A DNA stretch of 40,543 nucleotides from Dyella sp. GTDB lineage: Bacteria > Pseudomonadota > Gammaproteobacteria > Xanthomonadales > Rhodanobacteraceae. Location: NCBI GenBank assembly GCA_036495265.1, contig DASXND010000003.1:1-40543 (forward strand). The letters run 5' to 3'. A program made the position numbers and the translations under genes. The first letter of the stretch is position 1. Each line of letters opens with the position of its first letter. The notes beneath the pieces were generated by a model. It did not search any database. It was not told where the DNA came from and was given only the letters and a program-made list of their open reading frames with translations. Below, piece after piece: positions 15,872 to 24,233 of this stretch.

Positions 15872-16651
15872 ATGAAAATAGCCTCATGGAACGTGAATTC
15901 GCTCAAGGTGCGCATGCCGCATCTGACGGAGTGGCTGGCCGAAGCGAAGCCGGATGTCGTGGCCTTGCAGGAAACCAAGCTGGAAGATGCGAAGTTCCCG
16001 GTCGACGAACTCGCCGCGGCCGGGTATCGCGCGGTGTTCTCCGGACAGAAGACCTATAACGGCGTGGCCTTGCTGGCCCGTGCCGATGTGCAGGGCAATT
16101 TCGAGGACGTCGTCACCGACATCCCGAAGCTGGACGATCCGCAGCGGCGCATTCTCGCCGCGACGATTGGTGGCGTGCGTGTGGTCGACCTTTATGTGGT
16201 CAACGGCAAGGCGGTAGGTGATGAGAAATATGCCTACAAGCTGGACTGGCTAGCCAAAATGCGCGAGTTCCTGGCGGGCGAGATCGAACGGCACCCGAAC
16301 CTGGTGGTGCTGGGCGATTTCAACATCGCGCCAGACGACCGCGACGTCTACGACCCGGTCGCCTGGGGCGAGGATATTCTGTGCTCACCGCCGGAGCGCG
16401 AGGCGCTGAAACACATCACCGAACTGGGCCTGCACGACAGCTTCCGGCTGTTCGAACCAGCTGGTGAACACTTCAGTTGGTGGGACTACCGTCAGGGTGC
16501 GTTCCGGCGCAACATGGGTTTGCGTATCGACCTGATCCTGATCGGTGACGCCCTGAAGTCCGCGGCAACGGCGGCAGCCATCGACCGCACACCGCGACGT
16601 TGGGAACGACCGTCCGATCACACGCCGGTAACGGTGGATCTGGATATCTAA
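15872..16651 (+). CDS. xth: Exodeoxyribonuclease III
   Basis: SWNVNS, LQETK, YNGVA, GDFN, WWDYR, GLRID, SDH motifs. Confidence 0.95.
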   Translation: MKIASWNVNSLKVRMPHLTEWLAEAKPDVVALQETKLEDAKFPVDELAAAGYRAVFSGQKTYNGVALLARADVQGNFEDVVTDIPKLDDPQRRILAATIGGVRVVDLYVVNGKAVGDEKYAYKLDWLAKMREFLAGEIERHPNLVVLGDFNIAPDDRDVYDPVAWGEDILCSPPEREALKHITELGLHDSFRLFEPAGEHFSWWDYRQGAFRRNMGLRIDLILIGDALKSAATAAAIDRTPRRWERPSDHTPVTVDLDI

Positions 16652-16693
16652 GATCTCGGTCGCGCGCGCGACCGGTTTGCACACAGGCAGCCG

Positions 16694-17371
16694 ATGAATA
16701 CACCCAAGACCGAATGGCCCAGTTCGCTGGACGACAACGAACTCGACGAACTGGACCAATACCTGCGCGCCCATGTCGGCGAAGGCGAATTGCTGTTGGA
16801 TGGCGTGCACGGTCTGCTGTCCGCGCTGACCGTCGGCCCGATCCAGGTGCTGCCGGAAGAGTGGTTGCCAGAAGTGCTGCACGAGCCATTCGCCGATGAG
16901 CAGGAGGGCAATCGCGTGTTGGCCCTGCTGGCCAAGCTCAACGATTCGATCAGCGCCGAACTCGACGTGGATGCCTACGAGCCGATCCTGGGCGAAGTGG
17001 AAACCGAGGCCGGTCCCGTGCTGTCCGCCGCAGGCTGGTGCGAGGGCTTCAGTCGCGGCATCGACCTGCGCGCAGGGCTGTGGGAAACCCGCCTGGCCGA
17101 CGATCCGGAGCTGATGGAATTGCTCGGTCCGGTGATGGCGCTGGCAGTGGACGAAGGCATCCTCAATGCCGACACCGAGTTCGAGAAACTCAGCGACGAC
17201 GAATACGACGAATGCCTCTCCCAGGTGCCAGGCGTGCTGAGTGCGGTGAACCAGTACTGGCACGAGCATCCCGCCACCGAAGCCGAACTGGAAGCGGCGG
17301 TTCGTCCGGACGAGAGCGAAGAGCCGCAAGTGACACCGCCGCGCCAGCGCAGCGGGCATTGGGTGCATTAA
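16694..17371 (+). CDS. UPF0149 (YecA/YgfB-like) family protein, acidic, no SEC-C motif
   Basis: L...EL.ELD..L...LDG.HG.L.AL..GP....P.EWLP...WC.GF..G pattern. Confidence 0.8.
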   Translation: MNTPKTEWPSSLDDNELDELDQYLRAHVGEGELLLDGVHGLLSALTVGPIQVLPEEWLPEVLHEPFADEQEGNRVLALLAKLNDSISAELDVDAYEPILGEVETEAGPVLSAAGWCEGFSRGIDLRAGLWETRLADDPELMELLGPVMALAVDEGILNADTEFEKLSDDEYDECLSQVPGVLSAVNQYWHEHPATEAELEAAVRPDESEEPQVTPPRQRSGHWVH

Positions 17372-17487
17372 GCCCGGACGACTCGCCTTTTTCGCTGCAG
17401 ACGAAACAGTCCGTTCCGGCTTCGGCTCTTGGGCGCCACCCCTGTCGGCATCATCATGGGTGGCAGACCATTCCACCGGAGCAAGCC

Positions 17488-18321
17488 ATGACTGAGCGCA
17501 GCATCCTCCGCCGCATTCGCGGCATCGACACGTCGGACGGCGCGGGCGTCAAGCTCAAGCGCGTCATCGGTCAGCCGGGGCTGGACATGCTCGACCCGTT
17601 CCTGCTGCTGGACGAATTCCGTTCCGACCAGGCGGGCGACTACATCGCCGGCTTCCCCGAGCATCCGCATCGCGGTTTCGAGACCGTGACCTACATGCTC
17701 GCCGGCCATATGAAGCATCAGGACAACCACGGCAACAGCGGTGACCTCACGCCAGGCAGCGTGCAGTGGATGACCGCCGGCCGCGGCATCCTGCATTCGG
17801 AAATGCCGGTGCAGGAAGACGGCCTCATGTGGGGCTTCCAGCTGTGGGTGAACCTGCCCGCGAAGGACAAGATGATCGCGCCGCGCTACCAGGACATCGG
17901 TCCCGAACGCATTCCGGTGGCGCATCCGGCCGATGGCGTCGAAGTCAAAGTGATCGCAGGCGAGTTCGGCGGCGTGACCGGCCCGGTGGCCGAGATCGTG
18001 ACCCAGCCGATCTACCTGGATATCGCCTTGCAGCCGGGTGCCGCCATCGAGATCCCGCTGCCGGAAGGCCATGCCGGCTTTGCCTACGTGTTCGAAGGCA
18101 AGGACGCCGAGGTGGGCGGCGAGCCGTTGGCACGCAGCGAGCTGGGTGTGCTTTCGCGCAGTGGCACGCTGCGCATTGCCGGTCGCGACACGGCGACCCG
18201 CGTCCTGCTGGTGGCCGGCAAGCCGCTCAACGAGGCGGTGACCCGCTACGGACCGTTCGTGATGAACACGCCGGAGCAGATCCACGAAGCCATCACGGAT
18301 TTTCGGGCGGGCAAGTTCTGA
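17488..18321 (+). CDS. Pirin family protein
   Basis: DPFLLLDEF, GFPEHPHRGFETVTY, VQWMTAGRGILHSE, QLWVNLP, YGPFVMN; ggag RBS before ATG 17488. Confidence 0.95.
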   Translation: MTERSILRRIRGIDTSDGAGVKLKRVIGQPGLDMLDPFLLLDEFRSDQAGDYIAGFPEHPHRGFETVTYMLAGHMKHQDNHGNSGDLTPGSVQWMTAGRGILHSEMPVQEDGLMWGFQLWVNLPAKDKMIAPRYQDIGPERIPVAHPADGVEVKVIAGEFGGVTGPVAEIVTQPIYLDIALQPGAAIEIPLPEGHAGFAYVFEGKDAEVGGEPLARSELGVLSRSGTLRIAGRDTATRVLLVAGKPLNEAVTRYGPFVMNTPEQIHEAITDFRAGKF

Positions 18322-18351
18322 AAGCGGTATTCAACCGCCATGTGATTGACG

Positions 18352-18376
18352 AGCGCCCCGGTTAATCCGGGGCGCT
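18352..18376 (+). terminator. Hairpin after pirin, probable terminator
   Basis: agcgccccgg-ttaat-ccggggcgct, a perfect 10-bp stem 30 nt past the stop; U-tract is weak. Confidence 0.55.
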
Positions 18377-18421
18377 TCGTATCTGCCCTGGCCAAATCGG
18401 ATAGACCCCGGCAAAGGCGTT

Positions 18422-18436
18422 TGGCACGCCTCTCGC
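18422..18436 (+). promoter_or_regulatory. Putative sigma-54 (-24/-12) promoter
   Basis: TGGCACG-cctc-TCGC versus consensus TGGCACG-N4-TTGC; GG-N10-GC spacing is exact. Confidence 0.6.
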
Positions 18437-18555
18437 TTCGTTCAAGTGCGACCCGGGAAGTGCCGTTAAAGACACTGTTGTAGGGGAATCCGGCGGCGGG
18501 GCAGCACGGGTGGCGCTGTTGTTGCATGCCATCCGTGCTGCCACCGGCTTCACAG

Positions 18556-18584
18556 AATCAAATAGTTAGCCCAAACAACTGATT
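18556..18584. promoter_or_regulatory. Two oppositely oriented IHF consensus sites
   Basis: AATCAA-atag-TTA (+, 18556-18568) and AATCAG-ttgt-TTG (-, 18572-18584) both match WATCARNNNNTTR, in an AT-rich tract. Confidence 0.55.
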
Positions 18585-18700
18585 GTAAAAATCTTGTTCC
18601 GCCGTTAAATTAAGATTAATACTAGGGGGCGCAAGTGGCTGTACTATCAACCTACAGTTATTTGCGAAGAATCCTTACATAACTAGCTGTATTTAATGCC

Positions 18701-19159
18701 ATGAATGCCCTGATTACGCTCGTTGTCCTCACCTTGATTGCGACCTTCGCGTCGTCGCTCAAGCGCGTGCCGGCCGACCAGGTCCATAGCCTTTATCGGC
18801 GCGGCAAACCCTATCGCCTGTTGCAGCCAGGCACGCATATGGCGCTGCCGCTGGTCGACCACGTCGTGCACCGGATCAAGCTCAGTGGCCAGGTGCTGCG
18901 CTTCCAGGAGCCGCTGCCGAACGCGCATGGTGTGAGCGGCACGGTGTATTGGCAGGTGCTGGAGCCCGAGCGCGCCGATGCTGTCATCGAGCAGGCGGAT
19001 CAGCTGATTCGCGGCGGCGCCCTGGCGGCGCTGCGGCAGGAGCCAGAGGCTTACAGCGCGGACCGTCGCGACCTGGGTTCGCGCCTCAAGCAAGCCATGA
19101 ACAGCGCGCTGCGCGAGCGCGGCATGATGGTGACGCGGGTGGAGTTGGAATTTGCCTGA
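18701..19159 (+). CDS. Short SPFH/Band-7 domain protein
   Basis: TM anchor then LKRVP......LYRRGKPYRLLQPGTHMALPLVD.V...I....QVL, similar to QmcA/stomatin N-termini; ends at G..VTRVEL. Confidence 0.75.
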   Translation: MNALITLVVLTLIATFASSLKRVPADQVHSLYRRGKPYRLLQPGTHMALPLVDHVVHRIKLSGQVLRFQEPLPNAHGVSGTVYWQVLEPERADAVIEQADQLIRGGALAALRQEPEAYSADRRDLGSRLKQAMNSALRERGMMVTRVELEFA

Positions 19160-19256
19160 TTGAAGCTGGCCTGATCGAAGTTGGCCTGATCGGCACTGGC
19201 GCCGATCAGGTCTTGGCGACGTTGCCCCAGAGCGACCGCCACAGGGGAACTTCTTG

Positions 19257-19282
19257 AAACCCGCTACGGCGGGTTTTTCTTT
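19257..19282 (+). terminator. Rho-independent terminator
   Basis: aaacccgc-tacg-gcgggttt followed by ttcttt. Confidence 0.75.
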
Positions 19283-19363
19283 GCCGTCGTTGGCGTCGCG
19301 CTGGCATCGGAGACACCGTGCCCGGATACTTCGGCCCCTTCCGCACTCCCAAGGTACTGTCGC

Positions 19364-19999
19364 ATGACTTCCCGCCACGACCTGCAAACCCAGCTGGAAC
19401 GCGGTATCGCCGCGCTCGGTCTGCAGCTGCCGGCGAATGCGGTGGCGCGCCTGCTCGACTACCAGGAGCTGCTGGCGCGCTGGAACGCCACCTACAACCT
19501 CACCGCCGTGCGCGAGCCGTCCGAGATGGTCACGCGACATCTGCTCGATTCGCTGGCGATCCTGCCGTACGTAAGGGGTGAGACGCTGGCCGACCTGGGT
19601 ACGGGACCAGGCCTGCCGGGCATCCCGCTGGCGATTGCGGCGCCAGGCCGACAGATCCTGCTGGTCGATTCCAACGGCAAAAAGGTCCGTTTCCTGCGCG
19701 AGGCGATCCGCTCGCTGAAGCTCGAAGGCGTGCGCGCCGTGCAGTCGCGCGTGGAAGAGGTGGAAGGCCAGTTCGACTGCATCACCGCGCGCGCCTTTGC
19801 CAGCCTCGCCGACATGTTGGCCTGGGGTGGTCACCTTTTGACCAAGGAGGGCATCTGGCTGGCCATGAAAGGCAAGCGTCCCGATGACGAAATACCCGGG
19901 GTGCCGGCGGATTTCGAAGTGCGTGGCATGCATGCCCTGGGCGTACCGGGTCTCGATGGCGAGCGGCATCTCGTCGTGCTCGGCCGGGCAGGCTGCTAA
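19364..19999 (+). CDS. rsmG: 16S rRNA (guanine527-N7)-methyltransferase RsmG (GidB)
   Basis: WN..YNLTA, HLLDSL, DLGTGPGLPGIPLAI, DSNGKK..FL, RAFASL, AMKG. Confidence 0.96.
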   Translation: MTSRHDLQTQLERGIAALGLQLPANAVARLLDYQELLARWNATYNLTAVREPSEMVTRHLLDSLAILPYVRGETLADLGTGPGLPGIPLAIAAPGRQILLVDSNGKKVRFLREAIRSLKLEGVRAVQSRVEEVEGQFDCITARAFASLADMLAWGGHLLTKEGIWLAMKGKRPDDEIPGVPADFEVRGMHALGVPGLDGERHLVVLGRAGC

Positions 20000-20039
20000 T
20001 CTAGCCGCCATTTCACTCGTTCACGGTATCGACGACACC

Positions 20040-20909
20040 ATGGCCCGCATCATCGCTGTCGCCAACCAGAAGGGCGGCGTCGGCAAGACGACCACCGCCG
20101 TCAACCTCGCCGCCGCGCTCGCCGCCGCCAAGCGCAAGGTGCTGCTGGTCGATTTCGACCCGCAGGGCAATGCCACCATGGCGTCGGGCGTCGACAAGCG
20201 CATGGCCAAGCCCAACGGCTGCGAAGTGCTGCTGGACGAGGCGCCGATCGAACAGGCGATCGTGCGGACCGAGGCGAATTACGACCTGCTGCCCGGCAAT
20301 GGCGACCTGACCGCGGCCGAATTGAAATTGATGGACGCGATCGCCCGCGAAAGCCGGCTCAAGGAGCAGTTGGCCAAGGTGGCCCATCGCTACGACACCA
20401 TCCTGATCGACTGCCCGCCTTCGCTGCACCTGCTCACGCTCAACGCGCTGACCGCCGCGAACGGCCTGCTGATTCCCGTGCAGTGCGAGTACTTCGCCCT
20501 GGAAGGTCTGTCCAGCCTGCTCGATACGGTGAAGGCGGTGCGTCAGCGACTCAATCCGGCGCTGGAAATCGAAGGCCTGTTGCGCACCATGTACGACGTG
20601 CGCAACAACCTCGGCAACGAAGTGTCGGCGCAGCTTACCCATCACTTCGGCGACAAGGTGTTGCGCTCGATCATTCCACGCAACGTGCGCCTGGCCGAAG
20701 CGCCCAGTCACGGCCAGCCGATCCACCTGTACGATCGCAGCTCGCGTGGCGCGATTGCCTATATCGGCCTGGCCGGTGAAATGATCCGCCGCGAACGCGG
20801 GCACGTCGCCGCCGCGGTGCACGAGCATGCCGGCGGAGTCGTGGCGGTAGCGCTGCACGACGACACCGACGAGACGCTCGACGATATCGTCGACATCCAT
20901 CAGGAGTAA
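20040..20909 (+). CDS. parA: Chromosome partitioning ATPase ParA/Soj
   Basis: NQKGGVGKTT deviant Walker A, D.DPQGNAT, IDCPPSL, PVQCEYFALEG, IPRNVRLAEAPS.G. Confidence 0.96.
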   Translation: MARIIAVANQKGGVGKTTTAVNLAAALAAAKRKVLLVDFDPQGNATMASGVDKRMAKPNGCEVLLDEAPIEQAIVRTEANYDLLPGNGDLTAAELKLMDAIARESRLKEQLAKVAHRYDTILIDCPPSLHLLTLNALTAANGLLIPVQCEYFALEGLSSLLDTVKAVRQRLNPALEIEGLLRTMYDVRNNLGNEVSAQLTHHFGDKVLRSIIPRNVRLAEAPSHGQPIHLYDRSSRGAIAYIGLAGEMIRRERGHVAAAVHEHAGGVVAVALHDDTDETLDDIVDIHQE

Positions 20910-20911
20910 GC

Positions 20912-21781
20912 ATGTCCGCTGCGAAAAAACGGGGGCTCGGACGTGGGCTCGACGCGCTGCTTGGCGGTGACGGCGCAGGTTTGCCGTCGGTGATCGAGCA
21001 GGAAGGCGAGCTGCGTATGTTGCCGATCCAGCAGATCCAGCCGGGCAAGTACCAGCCACGCCGCCATTGGAACGACGAGGCGCTGGACGAACTGGCCGCC
21101 TCGATCCGCGCGCAGGGCCTGATCCAGCCGGTGGTGGTTCGCGCCATTGGCAAGAACAGCTATGAACTGATCGCCGGCGAACGCCGCTGGCGCGCCGCGC
21201 AACGTGCGCAGCTGAGCGAGCTGCCGGCCCTGGTGAAGGACGTGCCGGAAGTCGCGGTACCGGCGATGGCGCTGATCGAGAACATCCAGCGCCAGGACCT
21301 CACCCCGCTGGAAGAAGCCGATGCGCTCAAGCGGCTGATCGACGATTTCGACCTCACCCACCAGCAGGCCGCCGACGCCGTGGGCCGCTCGCGCGCCGCC
21401 GTGTCCAACCTGCTGCGCCTGACCGAGCTGCCCCATTCCATCAAGAAGCTGCTCGACGAAAGCAAGCTGGAGATGGGCCATGCCCGTTGCCTGCTGACCT
21501 TGCCCGAGAGCCTCGCCGAAGGGCTCGCGCTGGAAGCGGCGCGCAACGGCTGGAGCGTGCGCGAGCTTGAGGAAGCCGCCCGCCGCGCGCAGACCGAGCC
21601 CAAGGGCAAGGCCAAGCATGCGCCGTCGCGCGACCCGAATATCGCCGACCTGGAGCGCCAGCTGGCCGAGCGCTTCGCCACCCGCGTCGAACTGGCGCAG
21701 GGCCGTGGTGGCCGCGGCAAGCTGGTCATTCACTATCACAGCAACGACGAGCTGGAAGGCATTCTCGGCAAGATTCGCTGA
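20912..21781 (+). CDS. parB: Chromosome partitioning protein ParB/Spo0J
   Basis: KRGLGRGLDALL, YQPR, IAGERRWRAA, ALIENIQR.DL, HTH GRSRAAVSNLLRL. Confidence 0.97.
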   Translation: MSAAKKRGLGRGLDALLGGDGAGLPSVIEQEGELRMLPIQQIQPGKYQPRRHWNDEALDELAASIRAQGLIQPVVVRAIGKNSYELIAGERRWRAAQRAQLSELPALVKDVPEVAVPAMALIENIQRQDLTPLEEADALKRLIDDFDLTHQQAADAVGRSRAAVSNLLRLTELPHSIKKLLDESKLEMGHARCLLTLPESLAEGLALEAARNGWSVRELEEAARRAQTEPKGKAKHAPSRDPNIADLERQLAERFATRVELAQGRGGRGKLVIHYHSNDELEGILGKIR

Positions 21782-21807
21782 GGCTCTACGAAGCCCATTC
21801 TCTGGCT

Positions 21808-21889
21808 CGTCATTCCAGCGAAAGCTGGAATCCAGCGTCTTCCGATAGGCCACAAAAGGCGCTGGATCCCAGCTTTCGCTGGGATGACG
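21808..21889. repeat. CGTC-family REP doublet
   Basis: cgtcattccagcgaaagctggaatccagcg ... cgctggatcccagctttcgctgggatgacg, an inverted pair with internal GAAA-loop hairpins. Confidence 0.8.
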
Positions 21890-21999
21890 GGCTTTGAAGG
21901 GTGGCGACATAGCGCGCCCTCTCCTGACGCCGCAGCCCCAACCCACTAGAATGGCGCCCTGGCGCCGCGCGCCCTTATTGTTTTAGACAAGGCCCAACC

Positions 22000-22716
22000 A
22001 TGCCCCAAGTGTCCGTCGTCGTGCCGGTATTCAACGAGCGCGACAACATCCCGCCGCTGCTCGCCGAAATCGCCGCCGCCCTGCGTGGCAAGGTCGAGTT
22101 CGAGATCGTCTACGTCGACGACGATTCCAGTGACGACAGCGTGGCCGTGCTTGCGGCGGAAAAGCCCAGCTATCCGGAACTGCGCATCGTGCGCCACCTC
22201 ACCCGCAGCGGCCAGAGCACGGCGGTGTGGAATGGCGTGCGCGCCGCGCGTTCGCCGTGGATCGCCACGCTGGATGGCGACGGCCAGAACGACCCCGCCG
22301 ACATCCCCAAGCTACTGGCGGCGCGTCAGGGCGCGCCGGAGAACGTGCGCCTGTTCGCCGGCTGGCGTACCACGCGTCGCGACAGCTTCAACAAGCGCAT
22401 CTCCTCCAAGATCGCCAATGCGGTGCGTTCGCGCATGCTCAAGGACGCCACGCCGGATACTGGTTGCGGCCTCAAGCTGTTCGATCGCGAGGTGTTCCTG
22501 CGCCTGCCCTATTTCGATCACATGCACCGCTACCTGCCGGCGCTGGTCAAGCGCGCCGGTTTCCAGAGCAACAGCGTGCCGGTCGGTCACCGTCCGCGTA
22601 CGGCGGGCACGTCCAAGTACGGCATGCTCGATCGTCTTTGGGTCGGCCTTGCCGACCTGCGTGGCGTCGCCTGGCTGATGCGCCGCGGCAAAGTCACCCA
22701 GGTCGAAGAAATCTAG
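22000..22716 (+). CDS. Glycosyltransferase family 2 (polyprenol-phosphate glycosyltransferase-like)
   Basis: SVVVPVFNE, VDD.S.D, GQS.A..G, LDGDGQNDPADIP, DTGCGLK, R..G.SKYG. Confidence 0.9.
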   Translation: MPQVSVVVPVFNERDNIPPLLAEIAAALRGKVEFEIVYVDDDSSDDSVAVLAAEKPSYPELRIVRHLTRSGQSTAVWNGVRAARSPWIATLDGDGQNDPADIPKLLAARQGAPENVRLFAGWRTTRRDSFNKRISSKIANAVRSRMLKDATPDTGCGLKLFDREVFLRLPYFDHMHRYLPALVKRAGFQSNSVPVGHRPRTAGTSKYGMLDRLWVGLADLRGVAWLMRRGKVTQVEEI

Positions 22717-22732
22717 GCCCTCTGCTTTATCC

Positions 22733-22759
22733 GTAGGAGCGCACAGGGCGCGCTCCTAC
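22733..22759. repeat. Collapsed GTAG REPIN
   Basis: gtaggagcgcac-agggcgcgctcctac joins the left end and right end of the REPIN family with the interior missing. Confidence 0.7.
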
Positions 22760-22842
22760 ATCGACATTGCCCCTACCGATCTCATGACGTGTCTTTCATC
22801 GGCGTATGCTGATGATTCCCCCTTTGGGGAGGCCGCCCGCCC

Positions 22843-23211
22843 ATGAGTTTTGCCGTTAAGCGCGTCTACGAACCCGCCGCCGCGGACGATGGCTACCGCG
22901 TGCTGGTCGATCGCCTGTGGCCGCGTGGGCTGAAGAAGGAAGACGCCGCGCTGGATGCCTGGACCAAGGAGTTGGCGCCCTCACCCGCGCTGCGAAAATG
23001 GTTCGGCCACGATCCGGCGCGCTGGGAAGGATTCCGCCATCGCTATGCCACCGAGCTCGATGCCGCCGCCGAGCATTGGCGGCCGTTGGCGACGCAGGCA
23101 TCGCGACACCGCATCACCTTGCTGTTCGGCGCACGCGACGAGGAACACAACAACGCGGTGGCGCTCAAGTGCTATCTGGATGCGTGGCTCAAGGCTCACG
23201 GGCCCCATTGA
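22843..23211 (+). CDS. DUF488 (YeaO-like) protein
   Basis: KRVYEP....DGYRVLVDRLWPRG.KK, LAPS..LRKWF.HD, HNNA..L; ggagg RBS. Confidence 0.92.
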   Translation: MSFAVKRVYEPAAADDGYRVLVDRLWPRGLKKEDAALDAWTKELAPSPALRKWFGHDPARWEGFRHRYATELDAAAEHWRPLATQASRHRITLLFGARDEEHNNAVALKCYLDAWLKAHGPH

Positions 23212-24148
23212 GGCGACGTGTCGGCTGCCAGTGCGCAAGTGCGCGCCGCACCTGCATGCGGCCCAGTTCGATCAATTCGCGCGCGCGATAGAACTCGTAC
23301 ACGGTAGCGACGTTGCGAGGCATGCGGATCAGCAGGTCCGGCTCATAGGCGGCCAGGCGCAGCCGCGAGAGATTGGCCTGCATCAGGTCCATCGACTGCG
23401 TCAGCAACTCGAGCATGCCCGGTTCGCGAGGTTTCTCCGCACCGTGCGGAATCAATTTGCCGAGGAACTCGCCGACGCGCTCCCGATAGCTGTCGGGCGC
23501 GTCGGTCTTGGCGGCGGATATTTCTTCCGGCGTGGAAAATTCGGGAGGGCCATCCATGCTGACCGCAAACAGGAAGTCCGCGGTTTCGCGGATGAGCGGC
23601 GTCACCGGTACGGGATTGAGCAGACCCCCATCGACCAGCCGTCGATCCTCCAGCGTATGCGGACGAAACACCGTCGGAATGGCAATCGATGCACGAATGG
23701 CATCGAACAGCGAACCTCGCGTGAGCCAGACCTCGCGCTCGCGGTCCAGATCGGTGGCAACTGCCGTAAAGGCCAGCGGCAGCTCTTCGATGCGGGCATC
23801 GCCGATCAGTTGGCGTAGCGTGCCGATGATGCGTTCGCCCTTGATCAGGCCGCCGCCGGAGAACGTCCAGTCGACCAGGCGCAGCACATCCAGCTTGGCC
23901 AGCGAGCAAACCCAGTCGCTATACACCTCGAGCTTGCCCATGGCGTAGACGCCGCCGATCAGCGCGCCCATGGAGGTGCCAGCGATGGCGACGATTTCGT
24001 AGCCTTGCGCTTCGATCTCCTGGATCGCGCCGATATGCGCCAATCCCTTGGCGCCGCCGGAACCAAGTGCCAGCGCGACGGTCGGTTTGCGGGTGGACTT
24101 GTTTTCCGCAGGCGTGGCAGAGGATGGGGCGATGTCGCTAGGACTCAT
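23189..24148 (-). CDS. Patatin-like phospholipase (RssA-like)
   Basis: LALGSGGAKGLAHIG, GTSMG, ATDL, RASIAIP, VDGG..NPVP; 23-bp convergent overlap with the DUF488 gene. Confidence 0.9.
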   Translation of the reverse strand: MSPSDIAPSSATPAENKSTRKPTVALALGSGGAKGLAHIGAIQEIEAQGYEIVAIAGTSMGALIGGVYAMGKLEVYSDWVCSLAKLDVLRLVDWTFSGGGLIKGERIIGTLRQLIGDARIEELPLAFTAVATDLDREREVWLTRGSLFDAIRASIAIPTVFRPHTLEDRRLVDGGLLNPVPVTPLIRETADFLFAVSMDGPPEFSTPEEISAAKTDAPDSYRERVGEFLGKLIPHGAEKPREPGMLELLTQSMDLMQANLSRLRLAAYEPDLLIRMPRNVATVYEFYRARELIELGRMQVRRALAHWQPTRRLNGAREP

Positions 24149-24233
24149 GGAAGGTACGGCGTGGCGGCGGTCAGCGCTAGCCTCACCGCGGGCGTGTCCC
24201 AATGCAAGCCGTTCCGCAAAGATGCCGTTGCGT

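Noticed and set aside
17038-17487. Long N-terminal extensions in the ORF track (pirin, also parA, hemC, algR, DUF484)
   Set aside because: They overlap neighbouring genes or intergenic DNA and have low-complexity Arg/Pro/Ala content; downstream ATGs match family N-termini.
18649-18667. ctgt...acag near 18639-18657 as a LexA box
   Set aside because: Spacer is 11 nt rather than the 8 nt of CTGT-N8-ACAG.
18550-18700. AT-rich tract near rsmG-parA-parB as a possible oriC
   Set aside because: No cluster of DnaA boxes (TTATCCACA) seen, and no dnaA, mnmG or rpmH nearby.
19364-21999. parS site near parAB
   Set aside because: No TGTTTCACGTGAAACA-like palindrome found by eye.
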